DNA of 62,962 nt, the filler included, from Craspedostauros australis (lineage: Eukaryota), in NCBI GenBank assembly GCA_030167865.1. It is 11 parts of 11 records of this genome, joined end to end, with 100 filler letters (N's around TTAATTAATTAA, not from the genome) between each part and the next. Parts side by side here need not be neighbours in the genome. Positions count along the whole stretch, not along the records: positions 1 to 27,838 come from JALAGF010002697.1; 10 more parts are not named here. One strand, given 5' to 3'. Within the stretch, counting starts at the first letter, position 1. Each line of letters opens with the position of its first letter. This document shows positions 12,011 to 23,504 of the stretch, one piece after another. Made by a program: the position numbers and the translations under genes. Under the pieces are notes generated by a model. That model did not search any database and was not told where the DNA came from. It saw only the letters and a program-made list of their open reading frames with translations.

Positions 12011-15000
12011 TTAGGAAGAAGCCACATCAGGTGCTTGGTCGCTTGCACATGGGCCGCACGAATCCTTGGGCATGTACGCGACCATGTCACTCTCCGTGGC
12101 TGCAACGCAGAACGTCTTGTACCCATCCTTGGAGGAGAAGTGGCAGACCTGCACCATGCCTGGTTTGTCACCACACGGGTGCTGCACTGGGTCGCAGTAA
12201 TGCTTCGCCGGTTCGGCCTCGCTGTCGGATGCGAGCTTGCGGTTCTTTTCTTCGATGAGACCCTCTTCCTCGGAGGATGGGCAAGGATCTGCGCATTTGA
12301 TCTCGAACGTGAAGACCGTGGCTGGATGAGACTGTCCATTTGGTCCGTGGCAGCATCGAGGGATCACTGCTGTGTTCAAGGGTGGTATGAGGAACGGATC
12401 GGAGACGTAGAGGTCGACGATGGCGATCTTCTCCATCATCATGCAGCTTGCCTCGTGGGTCTCGGCGCTGTTGATCACTGCGTTCTCAACCATGGGACAA
12501 GCCTCGTCGAATGCGTCGGTCTTGTACTGCGTGTACAATTCGGCAACGCTCTGTTGGAAGGTCTGCTTCACCTTGAACCTCACGGAGCTGCCCTTGTATT
12601 CGACCACCTCGATCGGCAAGCTGCTGTAGAAGGCATCACCGTTCTTCTTGATGAGGGTGGCGCCTGGGCACTTGTCGCCCAGGAAGTTCTGAGGTTCGGC
12701 GACGGGTGCCTTGGTCGGAGCATCGGTGCTGCCGTGGCTGGACAGACCGAACGGCGCTGGCGTGCTATCCGGATTGCGGCAGAGCTGGATCTTGCTCAGC
12801 ACTCCCGGGCCGTCGAAGCTGATGACGAGCTGGTACACGCCTTCCATGGTGACGACGACGGGCTGCAAGCCGCTGGCTCCCGTGAAAGTTTGGTCGGTGG
12901 TTGAGACTCCGGCGGATCCATCCTCGTTCGGTGGCGCCACCTTGGTGATGCTGAACCCATCCGAGGCATCGAAGATGTGGAGCCTCATGTGCTTTTCATG
13001 GATCATGGCGAAAGTGATGATGATGTCACCGCCCTGAATCTCCATACTTCCGCTGCTCGGGTCTGGCACGATGATGCCCTTTCCAGCTTCATTGTCGCCG
13101 GTGTTGTGGTACTTGGCGTTCTGGATGCCATGTTTCGAGTTGGTGATGATACGCATTCCGTAGTCATTCCAGCTGTTGGGAGTGACGTCGCCGTCACCGG
13201 TGGGGAGAGTGACGGAGTTGCTGGAGGTGGTGGTGAAGTCCACGACCTCGTAGTCGCACACATCGACGGTTGGTACGAAGGTCGGTTCCGATGACGGCGT
13301 TCTTGTCGGCGTGTCGGTCGGTGCGCTCGTCGGTGTGCCAGTCGGCAGATCTGTCGGCAGCGCGGTTGGGATGGATGTGGGCATTGCGGATGGCAACGCG
13401 GTCGGGTTGCTGGTGCTTTCGAAGCACAAGTTGCGCAGTACGTTGGCGAGGTCGAGGTTGTTGTCCACCTGCTTCGGTAGCAACTTGAGCTCATCCTTGA
13501 AGGGGTTGCTGTCGATGCGGTACAAGGCGGAGTCGAATGACACGTCGCTCTTTGTTCCGACACCAACCGCCAATCGCATCACGCTGAGTGCGTCCAACCT
13601 GTCCAGCTCGCTTTTGAACGACTTGACGGCTTCTTCGCCCTCGCAGGCGCCGCCATGCGCGCAGTTCGCGTACTGGTAGTCGTGACATTCGTCGTCGCCC
13701 GCGAGGCAAAAGGACAGCTCGCCTTTCTCCCATGGCGAGACGTTCGCTGGATCGGGCTTGTTGGCCTTGGCGTTGCCTTCGCAAGTCAAACCTTCGACGC
13801 TGCACCAGTCTTCGTCGTCACCGTCGCCACGAATGTTCGGGACGCCGTCAGACAGGAAGACCATGAGGTTGGTCCATTCGGAATACTCTTCTTGGAGATC
13901 CTTTTGGCGGTCCTCGAAGTATAGGACGCTCTTGTCCAGGGCATCGTCGAAGTTGGTGAAGCCCTTGTTTTGATGGATCACATCGTAGTCGTTGTTCAGG
14001 GTGATGATGCTCTTGAGGTCCGTCAGTAGCTGCTCGTTGATGCCGTCACCATCACTGTTGAGAGGGTTGTAGGTTCCCTGCGTCATGAAGGAGGTGCCGT
14101 AGTAGGCTGAGGTCTCGAACAGCACAACACCGATGTTCACGTTGTCGTTGCTGAGGTCATTGTCGTTCTCGATGACCTTGAGCATGCGAATGGCGGCCGC
14201 GATCTCGGCGTCAAGGATGGTGTTGCTACGTCCGTCTCCGTTCATGTCGGCGATGAAGGCCGGGTCGTCGGCATGGTCGCTGATGGTGTTCGCGTTGTCG
14301 TTGGTGCTGTAGGCGCCACCGAACGTGAAGTTGAAGGTGCTGTACGAGATGTCGATGGCGAGAAGGATGTTGACGGGTGGATTGGTAAGGAAACCGTCCT
14401 GGCAGGCGGTTGGCGATTGGGTCGGCACGGTCGTGCATTCTTGGTGATCCTGTCTGAACATATCGGCGCTCTTCATGGAGAGTGCGAAGTTGCGGAGGTA
14501 GGACGCATCCTCGGCAGTGTTGCAATTCCAGAAGAATTGGCCGGAGACACCGTTTCCGGAGAACTTGAGCCTATCGATGCCATCCTTCGTCTGTGTGCTG
14601 AGGTTTGGAGTACCGTAATTGAACTTGTTCTTCGTGGTGAGGTCTGGTGTGCAGCTGCGCGTGCTCTCGGCGCAGGCCGCGAGGAAGTCGTAGGAATCGG
14701 TCCAGACCATGCCCGCCTTGTTGGGATCGCCAGCAATCCTGAAGTCCCACTTCGCGCAGTTCTCGCTGTTCCACGTGGCGTAGCAAGTGGCGTACTGCTC
14801 GTCGCTGCAAGGAGGCGATCGGGCGCATCTATTGACAGGATCGTACGTCTGCCAGATCTTCTCGTCGGCGTCTGCCAGAGTCGAGCGGAGCTTGTTGCCC
14901 TCCTTGACTCTATTGCTTGGGTAGGTGAAGACGAGGTCGGCATTTCTCACACCAGCACCCTGCTTGAAGGTGAGGCACTTCAAGGTTGCATCGTGAGCGC

Positions 15001-16579
15001 AGTCGTCGTAGATGATGTCCTCCTTGGGCATTCCTTCGGTCCCGATGAACTCGGCGTTGCTCGGGAGCATGGTTCCGCCCCAGACCTCGTTGATGCGCTT
15101 GACCCACTCAAGTGGGTACTCGAACTCCTCCGTGCCTTCGACTCCGTGCCCGGAGAGAGTGAATTTGCAATCGTTCGTTACCACGACGTTGGACTTGTTC
15201 TTGATGGTGGGCAGGTCGATCTTCTTGTTCATGAAGAGCCCCTTCTTGCTGAACCAGGGGAAGTGGTATCCGAGCTCGTCCTTGCAGCTGATTGGGACGG
15301 GGTACGTGGGCGCGCCGCTCATGGAGGGCGCCATGCTGGAAGATGGTGCCTCGCTCTCGCATGCGGTGACAGGAGAAGTGAACATGCTGCGCTGGTTGCC
15401 GTCGACGCTGACCTGCGTGTTGAAGACCACATCCGCGAAGTCCTTCATGCCTTCGGCCTGATCTGGCGTTTCGCAGACCCACTTGAATGTTCCGCTCACG
15501 CCGTTGCCAGAGATCCTGAACTCGTACTCGTTCTTGTAGGCCCGGTCGATGATGGACCGGTTTGGGGTGCCGTACTTGAACTTGGCGCCAGTGCCCTTGA
15601 AGGTGCAGCCGTACGAGTCGACGCAGGTTCGGAACCAGAGCCAGACGTCTCCGCATCTGAGGAAGTCGGACTTGCTGTAACCTTCGATGTAGAAGGTCCT
15701 CGCTCCGCACATCTCGTCGGAATCCAACGTGTAGCACGTGGTGTAGCCCTTGCGTCCACGGCCACGGCCGCCGCGACCGCGTCCATCGTAGCAGAATGGC
15801 AACTCGCCCTGGAAACCAACCGGGATCTCCACGAGTCCTGTGCACTCGGGGCCTTTGGGAGGGGTTGGCGCGGAGGTGGTGGTCGGGGCGATACTGTTTG
15901 TGGGCTGGCTGGTCGGGGCCATGGAAGGGAAGTTGCTGGTGGGCGACTCGGTTGGCTTGGAGCCAGCTTCGGTGGCATCCAACCGACGTTGAGTGTCGGC
16001 CTTCATGTCTTGCGTCACGTCGCAGCCGCACGGGATCTCGTAGACCATGGAGCAACGATTGGGCATGGTGCCGAACTCGCCGAGGTCGCATGATTCGGGG
16101 ATCGCGAGGGAGTCATGCGCTGGAAGCTGATCGTCCACGAAGAAGATCTCCACGCGCGCGGTGTTCGTCGATGCATCGCAGGCGTAGGTCTGGTTGCCGA
16201 AGACGCCGTGGATGGGGACTCTGTCGAAATCTCCGCAGGTGCGGAACTCATCGACGTCGCCGGGCTGGGCGCCGATGGTGCCGATCCAGTCCACGGATGG
16301 CTTTTCCTTCTTGCTGAGGAAGGCGTAGTCGATGAGGGCCTGCTGGAACAGGACCGTGACGGTCGATTCCGATGGGTTGGTGTCGAGCACGTGGACGGGC
16401 AGAGCAGCCTCGTCATCGTTGACATCGATCTGCGCCAAAGCCTGCGCTGGGCATGTGCTGGAGATCCGCACGGGGGCCTTGCAGTTGCCGGAAGCAGCAC
16501 CACGCACGGAGGCGATGGGAGCCGAAGCGACGCATGTTGCCAGAAGGGCGAAGGCGGAGGTCGGAACCGAGAACTTCAT
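12011..16579 (-). CDS. Large secreted protein with VWA domain, Pro/Thr/Ser-rich linkers and duplicated Cys-rich domains (putative adhesin/cell-surface protein)
   Basis: Uninterrupted 1522-aa ORF with signal peptide MKFSVPTSAFALLATCVAS. VWA MIDAS-type motifs LAIDISYS, GFTNFDDAL and VFLSDGVPN. PTxxPT repeats and RRL/RKL motifs. Confidence 0.9.
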   Translation of the reverse strand: MKFSVPTSAFALLATCVASAPIASVRGAASGNCKAPVRISSTCPAQALAQIDVNDDEAALPVHVLDTNPSESTVTVLFQQALIDYAFLSKKEKPSVDWIGTIGAQPGDVDEFRTCGDFDRVPIHGVFGNQTYACDASTNTARVEIFFVDDQLPAHDSLAIPESCDLGEFGTMPNRCSMVYEIPCGCDVTQDMKADTQRRLDATEAGSKPTESPTSNFPSMAPTSQPTNSIAPTTTSAPTPPKGPECTGLVEIPVGFQGELPFCYDGRGRGGRGRGRKGYTTCYTLDSDEMCGARTFYIEGYSKSDFLRCGDVWLWFRTCVDSYGCTFKGTGAKFKYGTPNRSIIDRAYKNEYEFRISGNGVSGTFKWVCETPDQAEGMKDFADVVFNTQVSVDGNQRSMFTSPVTACESEAPSSSMAPSMSGAPTYPVPISCKDELGYHFPWFSKKGLFMNKKIDLPTIKNKSNVVVTNDCKFTLSGHGVEGTEEFEYPLEWVKRINEVWGGTMLPSNAEFIGTEGMPKEDIIYDDCAHDATLKCLTFKQGAGVRNADLVFTYPSNRVKEGNKLRSTLADADEKIWQTYDPVNRCARSPPCSDEQYATCYATWNSENCAKWDFRIAGDPNKAGMVWTDSYDFLAACAESTRSCTPDLTTKNKFNYGTPNLSTQTKDGIDRLKFSGNGVSGQFFWNCNTAEDASYLRNFALSMKSADMFRQDHQECTTVPTQSPTACQDGFLTNPPVNILLAIDISYSTFNFTFGGAYSTNDNANTISDHADDPAFIADMNGDGRSNTILDAEIAAAIRMLKVIENDNDLSNDNVNIGVVLFETSAYYGTSFMTQGTYNPLNSDGDGINEQLLTDLKSIITLNNDYDVIHQNKGFTNFDDALDKSVLYFEDRQKDLQEEYSEWTNLMVFLSDGVPNIRGDGDDEDWCSVEGLTCEGNAKANKPDPANVSPWEKGELSFCLAGDDECHDYQYANCAHGGACEGEEAVKSFKSELDRLDALSVMRLAVGVGTKSDVSFDSALYRIDSNPFKDELKLLPKQVDNNLDLANVLRNLCFESTSNPTALPSAMPTSIPTALPTDLPTGTPTSAPTDTPTRTPSSEPTFVPTVDVCDYEVVDFTTTSSNSVTLPTGDGDVTPNSWNDYGMRIITNSKHGIQNAKYHNTGDNEAGKGIIVPDPSSGSMEIQGGDIIITFAMIHEKHMRLHIFDASDGFSITKVAPPNEDGSAGVSTTDQTFTGASGLQPVVVTMEGVYQLVISFDGPGVLSKIQLCRNPDSTPAPFGLSSHGSTDAPTKAPVAEPQNFLGDKCPGATLIKKNGDAFYSSLPIEVVEYKGSSVRFKVKQTFQQSVAELYTQYKTDAFDEACPMVENAVINSAETHEASCMMMEKIAIVDLYVSDPFLIPPLNTAVIPRCCHGPNGQSHPATVFTFEIKCADPCPSSEEEGLIEEKNRKLASDSEAEPAKHYCDPVQHPCGDKPGMVQVCHFSSKDGYKTFCVAATESDMVAYMPKDSCGPCASDQAPDVASS

Positions 16580-18743
16580 TGTCCTGTACTCGTGCCCTAC
16601 CTTCGTTGGCCTCGTTGGTGTCTTGTTCTGTTTGAGTTAGTTGTTTGGAGGGGGATTGGTTCAGTTGTGCGTATTCGTATATGTATGGTGTGCGTATGCG
16701 TATGGTGTTTGTTTGAGGATGTGGCTGATCCATTTTTATGAGGAGGATGAGATGTGCTGAAGTTGGCGCGTTTGGTCGTAGCCATGCATGCAGTTGTCGT
16801 GTGGGAGGGAAGAAAGTCAGAGAGTCCTCACAACGACATCGCCACACAACCCACACAATCAAGTTTGCCTTAATTGCAACGCACGGACAACGAGGAGAGG
16901 CAGCGATCGAATGGGTTTACCCATCGCAGTGGACGCGCGTTAGCAGCGCATGGCGCGTTCGTGCTGGTTGTCTTCTTCCCGAACAGAGATTCGGAATAAC
17001 ACACACAAGCACAACAGGATGCGAAAAGCCAACAGCCAAGGGATTTAGTGAGCGGTTTTACGGGGGCATATACTTTGTGCACCACTGTGCAGCCTTCGCC
17101 AGTCGGTCATTCCAAGTCTGCGCACAGAGTGCGTAGTTGACACAGCAAACACGAATTCCATGGTCACGCATCCCACGAAGTAAAACCGTTTTCAGCTTCC
17201 ATGTTGAACGGAATGGCTTTTGCTCTTCGTTAGAAAGCGTGAACATTTATAGTTTTTGAGGAATGTCTCTGGACACTATTTTATCACACTGATTGGGTCA
17301 TCGTTGTTGCACTATTCGCACTTCTGTAAACTTCGCATTCAGCACTGTAAGTAATACGAATTTGGAGTACTGTACGGTAGTTTCTACCACACGTTCTGTG
17401 TCCGTCCTCGCGCACTGACGTTAGGTTTGGTCACCCCATCAGAGTGGAATGTGTACAGGAAATCACGCGTTGGACATCTGCTGAATCGATCGGAAGTGAG
17501 AAGAGTGATTTCACGATCTCCACAGGCACGAAAAGTCTTCGCTAACCTGAGCCAGGCATAGTGATGCTTCACCATCAAACGCGTAGCCAAACCTACGCAA
17601 GATGGAGTACAAATTGGCAGATGCGAGAGTTGATACGAATGGGGTGACAACGAATGCGGAACTCGCCACCCTGGTCACAGTTGCGGCAAAGTGCGTGGAT
17701 GGTGAGGTCCATCTTGCTCTTGACTCTTAGTAGACATTATGTCCGTGGGAGACATTCAGAGCGAAGGGGATGGAGAGCATAGCACGAGAACGAACAAGCT
17801 GAAGAGGAACAATGTTCGTGTCCCTCTTGTGCGCGGTGACAATCGTATCGGGAGCACTCGTGTGATAGAGTGCTCTGATCTGTGAGTAGGATTGGCACGA
17901 ACTGCGGACCTCCTCTACTCGTAGTTCCAACCCAACATATATGGCTAGACCGTAGGTACGGCAGTCATGGTCATGGTGCGACTTGTGCAGCTTGTGTTGA
18001 CCAGTTCTCGCACAAAGTACGAGCTACTCGTTGACTAGTTGGCATATCTGTTGTAATTGCGGGGGGTGACTGTGGCGTTCGAGACGGTTTCTCTCGCAAT
18101 AACGTATCTGAGCTGTTTCCGGATAAGCAATCACCACGATGATAAACGGCGTGCTGTACCGGTTTTGTTCCTCTCTAGAGGCAGGAAGAAAGGGAAGAAC
18201 GAACACAGCATAATTCTATGTCCTGTGCAGAGCGACGATCGACAATGACCGAGGAGGTTCGTCGTCGGGTGGAGTACGCGACCACTACGAGAAATATGGA
18301 GAAATGGCGATGGCATCCACTCCTATGCGCGTCGTCTGCGTGGAATACTCTGGTCTCCACGAGCAGAGTCACAACACCTGCGACTCTGTGCAGTTTTCGG
18401 CCTTCGCTTGAGGCTTCATCTCGTCTGGAGGTCGCCATTTGCGGTCTCTCTCAGAACGGCGGCCTTTGGCATTGTTTGCGTGACCCTTCGTTGTCTTCTC
18501 TTCCAATTCCTTCATGAAAGAGTGAGAGAGCCAAATAATCTTCCGACCTTGCTCTGCACTCGCAACCAAAACGATCTCACCAAGGCGCGTTTGGCTCGCT
18601 GTCTGAGATCTTCAACAATCCCCCTCGAACTCTGGCTGGCAAAGCGCCATGCTCAACGAACCACGGGTACGACTTCGAAGTGAAAGCAGAGCATTGCGCT
18701 TTACATTGATGAGTACGCAATGACTGTGGAGCTGTCGTATCGA

Positions 18744-19715
18744 TTACAGCTTGGAAAGCCTGGGTATCTCATCGTATTCAACCGTCACATCCGTTTGTTT
18801 CTTTCCATCTTTGCGCTTCCCTTTGCCGTCTCCCTGTTGTTGCTGCTTTCGTCTGGCCTCGACCTGCGCCAGGATGGTCTTCATCGTGTCATCGGATTGC
18901 AACGCCAGTATGTTCTGCACCGCGATCTGATCCAACCCTTCCGTCACGCTGTGATCGCGCGAATACAGGAGGGACTGCTTCGTGACTGTTGCCGCAAGCG
19001 GGCTGTTCCTGGCGATCTCAGCGCAGACGCCGAAGATGGCGCTGTGCATCAGCTCGTGCTCGGTACCGTAGACCCTGCTGACGAAGCCGATGCGACAAGC
19101 CTCGTTGCCGTCAAAATCCTGCCCTGTCAGACACAGCTCGTTGACCCGCGAGGAATGCCCCACGATCTTGGGCAATCGTTGCAACGTGCCCACGTCGGCC
19201 GCCAGACCCAATTTGACCTCTCGAACGGAATAGACGGTGTTTGCCGTGGACAGCCGAATATCGGCGCAGCACACCATGTCGATGCCCGCGCCGATGCAAA
19301 CCCCGTGCATGCAGGCGACGACCGGAACGGGACAGGTCTCGATTGCTGTGAAGCAGGCCTGCATCTGTTTCAATTGCGGCAGAAACGCCAATCCACTGCG
19401 CGCCACGTCCATGCCGTCGTTGTTGCTGCTGTCGTTGAGAACGGAGAATTTGGGATCTCGAAAGTCGATGCCGCTGCAAAAGGCACGATTGCCGCGCAGC
19501 AGGATGCAACGGCATCCGTCTCCCAAGGTTCCGATTTTGGAAAAGAGATCACCGATCTCCAGCCACATGCATGCATCGATGGCATTGAGTTTGCGCGTTC
19601 TGTCCAATGACACCACCGTGATGTGCGGATTATGTTGGCATGTCTCAATGGCCAAGTGCTTGTAATCCTTGTTCAGCGAGTGCGGAACGAGGACGATGCC
19701 AGAAACGGTTCTCAT
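18744..19715 (-). CDS. ECH1: Peroxisomal crotonase-family enzyme, delta(3,5),delta(2,4)-dienoyl-CoA isomerase-like
   Basis: KLNAI, AFCSGID, PVVACMHGVCIGAGIDM and EVKLGLAADVGTLQRLPKIVG motifs. C-terminal PTS1 -SKL. Confidence 0.9.
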   Translation of the reverse strand: MRTVSGIVLVPHSLNKDYKHLAIETCQHNPHITVVSLDRTRKLNAIDACMWLEIGDLFSKIGTLGDGCRCILLRGNRAFCSGIDFRDPKFSVLNDSSNNDGMDVARSGLAFLPQLKQMQACFTAIETCPVPVVACMHGVCIGAGIDMVCCADIRLSTANTVYSVREVKLGLAADVGTLQRLPKIVGHSSRVNELCLTGQDFDGNEACRIGFVSRVYGTEHELMHSAIFGVCAEIARNSPLAATVTKQSLLYSRDHSVTEGLDQIAVQNILALQSDDTMKTILAQVEARRKQQQQGDGKGKRKDGKKQTDVTVEYDEIPRLSKL

Positions 19716-20481
19716 GTTGGCGCAGTTTGTTCTTCAGGTGGATGGAGGACGCAGTAGTTGACGATGGTGATGATGGTGGTGATAGTGGTGGTGCGTGTGT
19801 GCGGGTGTGCGTATGTGTGCGTATGCGCGTGTGTGTGTGTTTTCGCGAAGACAGGTTGTTGTCAAAACTGTTGCTGTTTTTGGTTGTTGGGTGGGGCTGT
19901 TCTTGTTTCATTGCTGCTGCCGAAATGATCGATTCTGCTTGCTGTTTGCTGATAGATTGCCAAATACTCAGCCCGTACATCTTCCGATAAGCAAATCCCT
20001 TATGTTGATTGTCATTCATTGATAGTTAATCCGAGTGTTACATAACTATTGAAACATCACGAATCCAGACTGTCCCAGATTCGATGGAAATAACTCGACA
20101 TGTACCGCCTCCTCACATTCCGCGAGCGACGTGTAACTTCGTGGATGTTTCCCACCGCCGCAACAAAACGCAACGTGGAGTCGGTGGTACGATTGATGGC
20201 AAATCAGCAGTCTGCGCAACATACGGAGTTGTTATGGTAACATGTATTATGTTATATAATATAAAATGATATACTAAGGATTTTGGCATCAAGCGCAGTG
20301 CGCTGATGCGCCATTCATAAAGTAGATTTGTGTGAACCGCGGAGAATCACCTCATCCGACCGTCGTTATCCCTTGAGGTCTTGTGATGAGATCGACGCTG
20401 CTGTGCTTCCATTCACAAAGTCACGGCGATCAACCGCCGCTGCCACTGGCGCTGCTTTCCGATTCTCTGTGAAAGGCGAAT

Positions 20482-21811
20482 TTACATCTTGGCCTTGATG
20501 ATGTCCTCGAGCTTGACGATGTCCTTTGCGAAGTTGCGAATTCCTTCCGCGAGCTTTTCGGTTGCCATGGCATCCTCATTCATCATCCAGCGGAATTTCT
20601 TCTCGTCGACCTCGATCTTGGCAATATCCATGGTGATGGCGTCCGTGGAGTCGAGCTTCTTCGTGACGGTGATGCCCTTGCTGTTCTCCAGCTCTTTCAG
20701 CAGATTTGGCGATATCGTGAGTCGATCGCATCCGGCCAGTTCGAGAATCTCCCCCGTGTTACGGAAGCTGGCACCCATGACGATGGTCGTGTGTCCGAAC
20801 TTCTTGTAGTAGTTGTAGATTTTGGTGACGGAGAGGACGCCGGGGTCCTTGTCGGCATCGAATCCGTCGATGCCCTGGGCCTTCTTGTGCCAGTCCATGA
20901 TACGTCCCACGAATGGCGAAATCAAGGTGCATCCAGCGTCGGCGCAGGCGATGGCTTGCGCGAGACTGAAGATGAGGGTGAGGTTGCAGGTGATGCCGTC
21001 CTCGGCCTCGAGGATGCGTGCGGCCTGGATGCCCTCCCACGTGGCGGCGATCTTGATGAGGATGCGAGATTTGTCGATGCCAGCCTCCTTGTAGAGCTCG
21101 ATGATCTTGCGGGCCTTTGCGAGCGTGGCCTCCTTGTCGAACGAAAGTCGTGCATCCACTTCTGTGCTGACGTAGCCTGGAACGATCTTGGAAATCTCAA
21201 TTCCAAAGTTGACGGCCACCTTGTCCTGTTTTCATTTGGGGCGCAATTGTAATTATTTGGAAGGCGGGAGGGGTGGGCATTGAAATTGCGGATGTTGTCA
21301 TGGACGGTCATGCATGGTCATCGATTGTCGAAGTCGTCGTTTGGTTTCGTTTCGCGATGTGGACGCAGAGGTATCATCCATGATCATCGCATCGCATCGT
21401 TACGGATTGCATTACACGGCATGGCAGAAGCGAAATATGACAGGAACATGAAAATGAAGATGGATGTGAGAAGCTGAATTCGCAATTTGCATCGGCTCTT
21501 TGGATGTGGCAAAGCTTGGCTCGCTTTGGGCTTCATGTCATCATATCCATGCCCACTTGACTCCGTTCTGCGACTGTCTCATGTCCATGTGGCACCATCG
21601 CACGGATGCTTACCATGGCCAAACCAAGGTCACCCTTGGCGTACTCCACGGCGTCGGTGATGAGCTTGTCATACTGCTCCATCCCAGCGGCCTTGTAGAT
21701 GAGGGACGGATTCGTCGTGGCATCCTGCGGCTTGATCTTCTTGATGGCATCGACATCGCCGGTATCGGCGACGATGATGGTGTGCTTCTTCAGTTGTTCG
21801 ACGGCGGACAT
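20482..21811 (-). CDS. TALDO1: Transaldolase (exons 21811-21614, 21225-20482)
   Basis: [48 protein letters not shown] and VMGASFRN motifs. GTAAGC...AACAG intron. Confidence 0.97.
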
Positions 21812-22470
21812 GGTTGCTTGGTATTGCTTGTTGGTGGGTGGTTGTGGTTGCGGATCTGATTGATTTATGATCGGATTGTTCTCGTCACCTGTTGCTCTCT
21901 GTGTATGTGTGCGTGTGGATTGACACCTGGTCTGTGTGAATGTTGTGAATTGGATCCTTCTCTTTGCTGCCTTGATTGCTTTCCTTGGTTCCCCGCTGTG
22001 CTTCGGACAAGTGGGGAATGACTTTGAGAAGGGGATCGTTTGTTGCTTGGACGAACGGGGAAAGTTCGATGAAGGTCTTCTGATGAATCTGCGCAGTCGG
22101 CGAAGAAGAAAAGCAGAACGACGATGTTCTTGGATCCTTCTCATTGTGTTTCGTCATCGTCACGAACTTGCGACGAGGTCACCTCTCACACCACATCGGA
22201 TCCGATTGGTCCACCGCGTTGAATTCGATCGTGTTCTCGTGTGGCTCGCCAATCAGAACGCTTGTTGTGTGACACGCACGCACGTTTGGTTTGCGTCCGA
22301 ATCAAGTATCTTGCAGAAGTTGACACGATCACACCTGTCGACTCTCGGTCTTGGTTGCGATGGGACTCGTGTGTGTGCGGCTTGTTGTTGTGTCAACACA
22401 CCAGTCACCGACATGTCGACACCCACACCAACCATGCTCACTTGTCTATTCTGCCAAAAACAGATCCATC

Positions 22471-23115
22471 ATGCGATTCCTCACAACCCTCGCCTTTGTT
22501 GCGACACATCGATGCATGACGACATGCCACGCCATGAACATTCTCGCTTTGCACGGCAGCGAAGGCAGCGGGAAAGACTTTCCGGATGCCACCAGCGCAC
22601 CCAACGCACCATTCGAGAAGGGCAATGGATACGCGTGGTGGACCATGGCACCCAACACGCGGTCCTTCACGGCGACGGAGTACATTGGATTTGAGACGTC
22701 ACGCGCGTTGGTGACGCAAGAATTTGCGGAACGCAAGGTGGATCTGGTCGTGGCGCATTCGCAAGGTGCCATCCTGATGTCGGCGTTGGTGGCGTTGCAT
22801 GCGTTGCCGTATTATCCATCGGTTGGGATGGTGCTGAATGGGGCGGCATTTCCGAATCCGTACACGAAGGAGTTGGAGAATCTGAAGTTCCACGACGATG
22901 GCAATAAGAACTCACCACCACGACGAGCTCTGTTCGTGATGGGAGCGAACGATCGCATCAATCCCATCGAGAGCGCGGCGCAAGTGAGGAATTGCTTTGA
23001 ATGTGCAAACATGGATGTGTCCACCGTGATGCATCCAGGCGGTCACTCGTACCCTTTCGATGATGAGACTGCGATGAAGGCGATCAACGATTGGATCGCA
23101 GAAGGTGCACCATGA
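22471..23115 (+). CDS. FSH1-family serine hydrolase
   Basis: ILALHG, YAWW, nucleophile motif AHSQGA, GANDRI (Asp) and HPGGH (His). Confidence 0.8.
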   Translation: MRFLTTLAFVATHRCMTTCHAMNILALHGSEGSGKDFPDATSAPNAPFEKGNGYAWWTMAPNTRSFTATEYIGFETSRALVTQEFAERKVDLVVAHSQGAILMSALVALHALPYYPSVGMVLNGAAFPNPYTKELENLKFHDDGNKNSPPRRALFVMGANDRINPIESAAQVRNCFECANMDVSTVMHPGGHSYPFDDETAMKAINDWIAEGAP

Positions 23116-23504
23116 TGTGTCACGTCACTTTACTTTACTTTTCACTACTCTACGTCTTACATGCTACAATCAGATATCGCCTGTCCCACGCGAGACAGAC
23201 CGATCTTGTTCCCTTCCCATTCACTCATTCGTTGGACACACGAGCCCCTTCATCCATCGCCAAGCGAAGGATGCTGCTGACATCTGGTCCTCCAGGACTC
23301 ATTTTCTTGACGGGGTCGAAGAAGAAATACGACGACGCTTGACTTGGGACTGCTGCGTCGCCTCCCAAGTAGCGGTGGCGGCGCAGGGAGTCGCGAGACA
23401 CGCGATGGATGAATTGCAACCCGGGCAGATCTCGGGTTTCTGTTGCGTCTACGACGGCTGCGTCCGCAGTGCCTGTGGAAGAGTCGCTTCTGTTCTCGCG
23501 AGTT

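Noticed and set aside
16600..18700. Possible gene or ncRNA in the 2-kb gap
   Set aside because: Only short ORFs without motifs; no tRNA, rRNA or snRNA signature was recognised.
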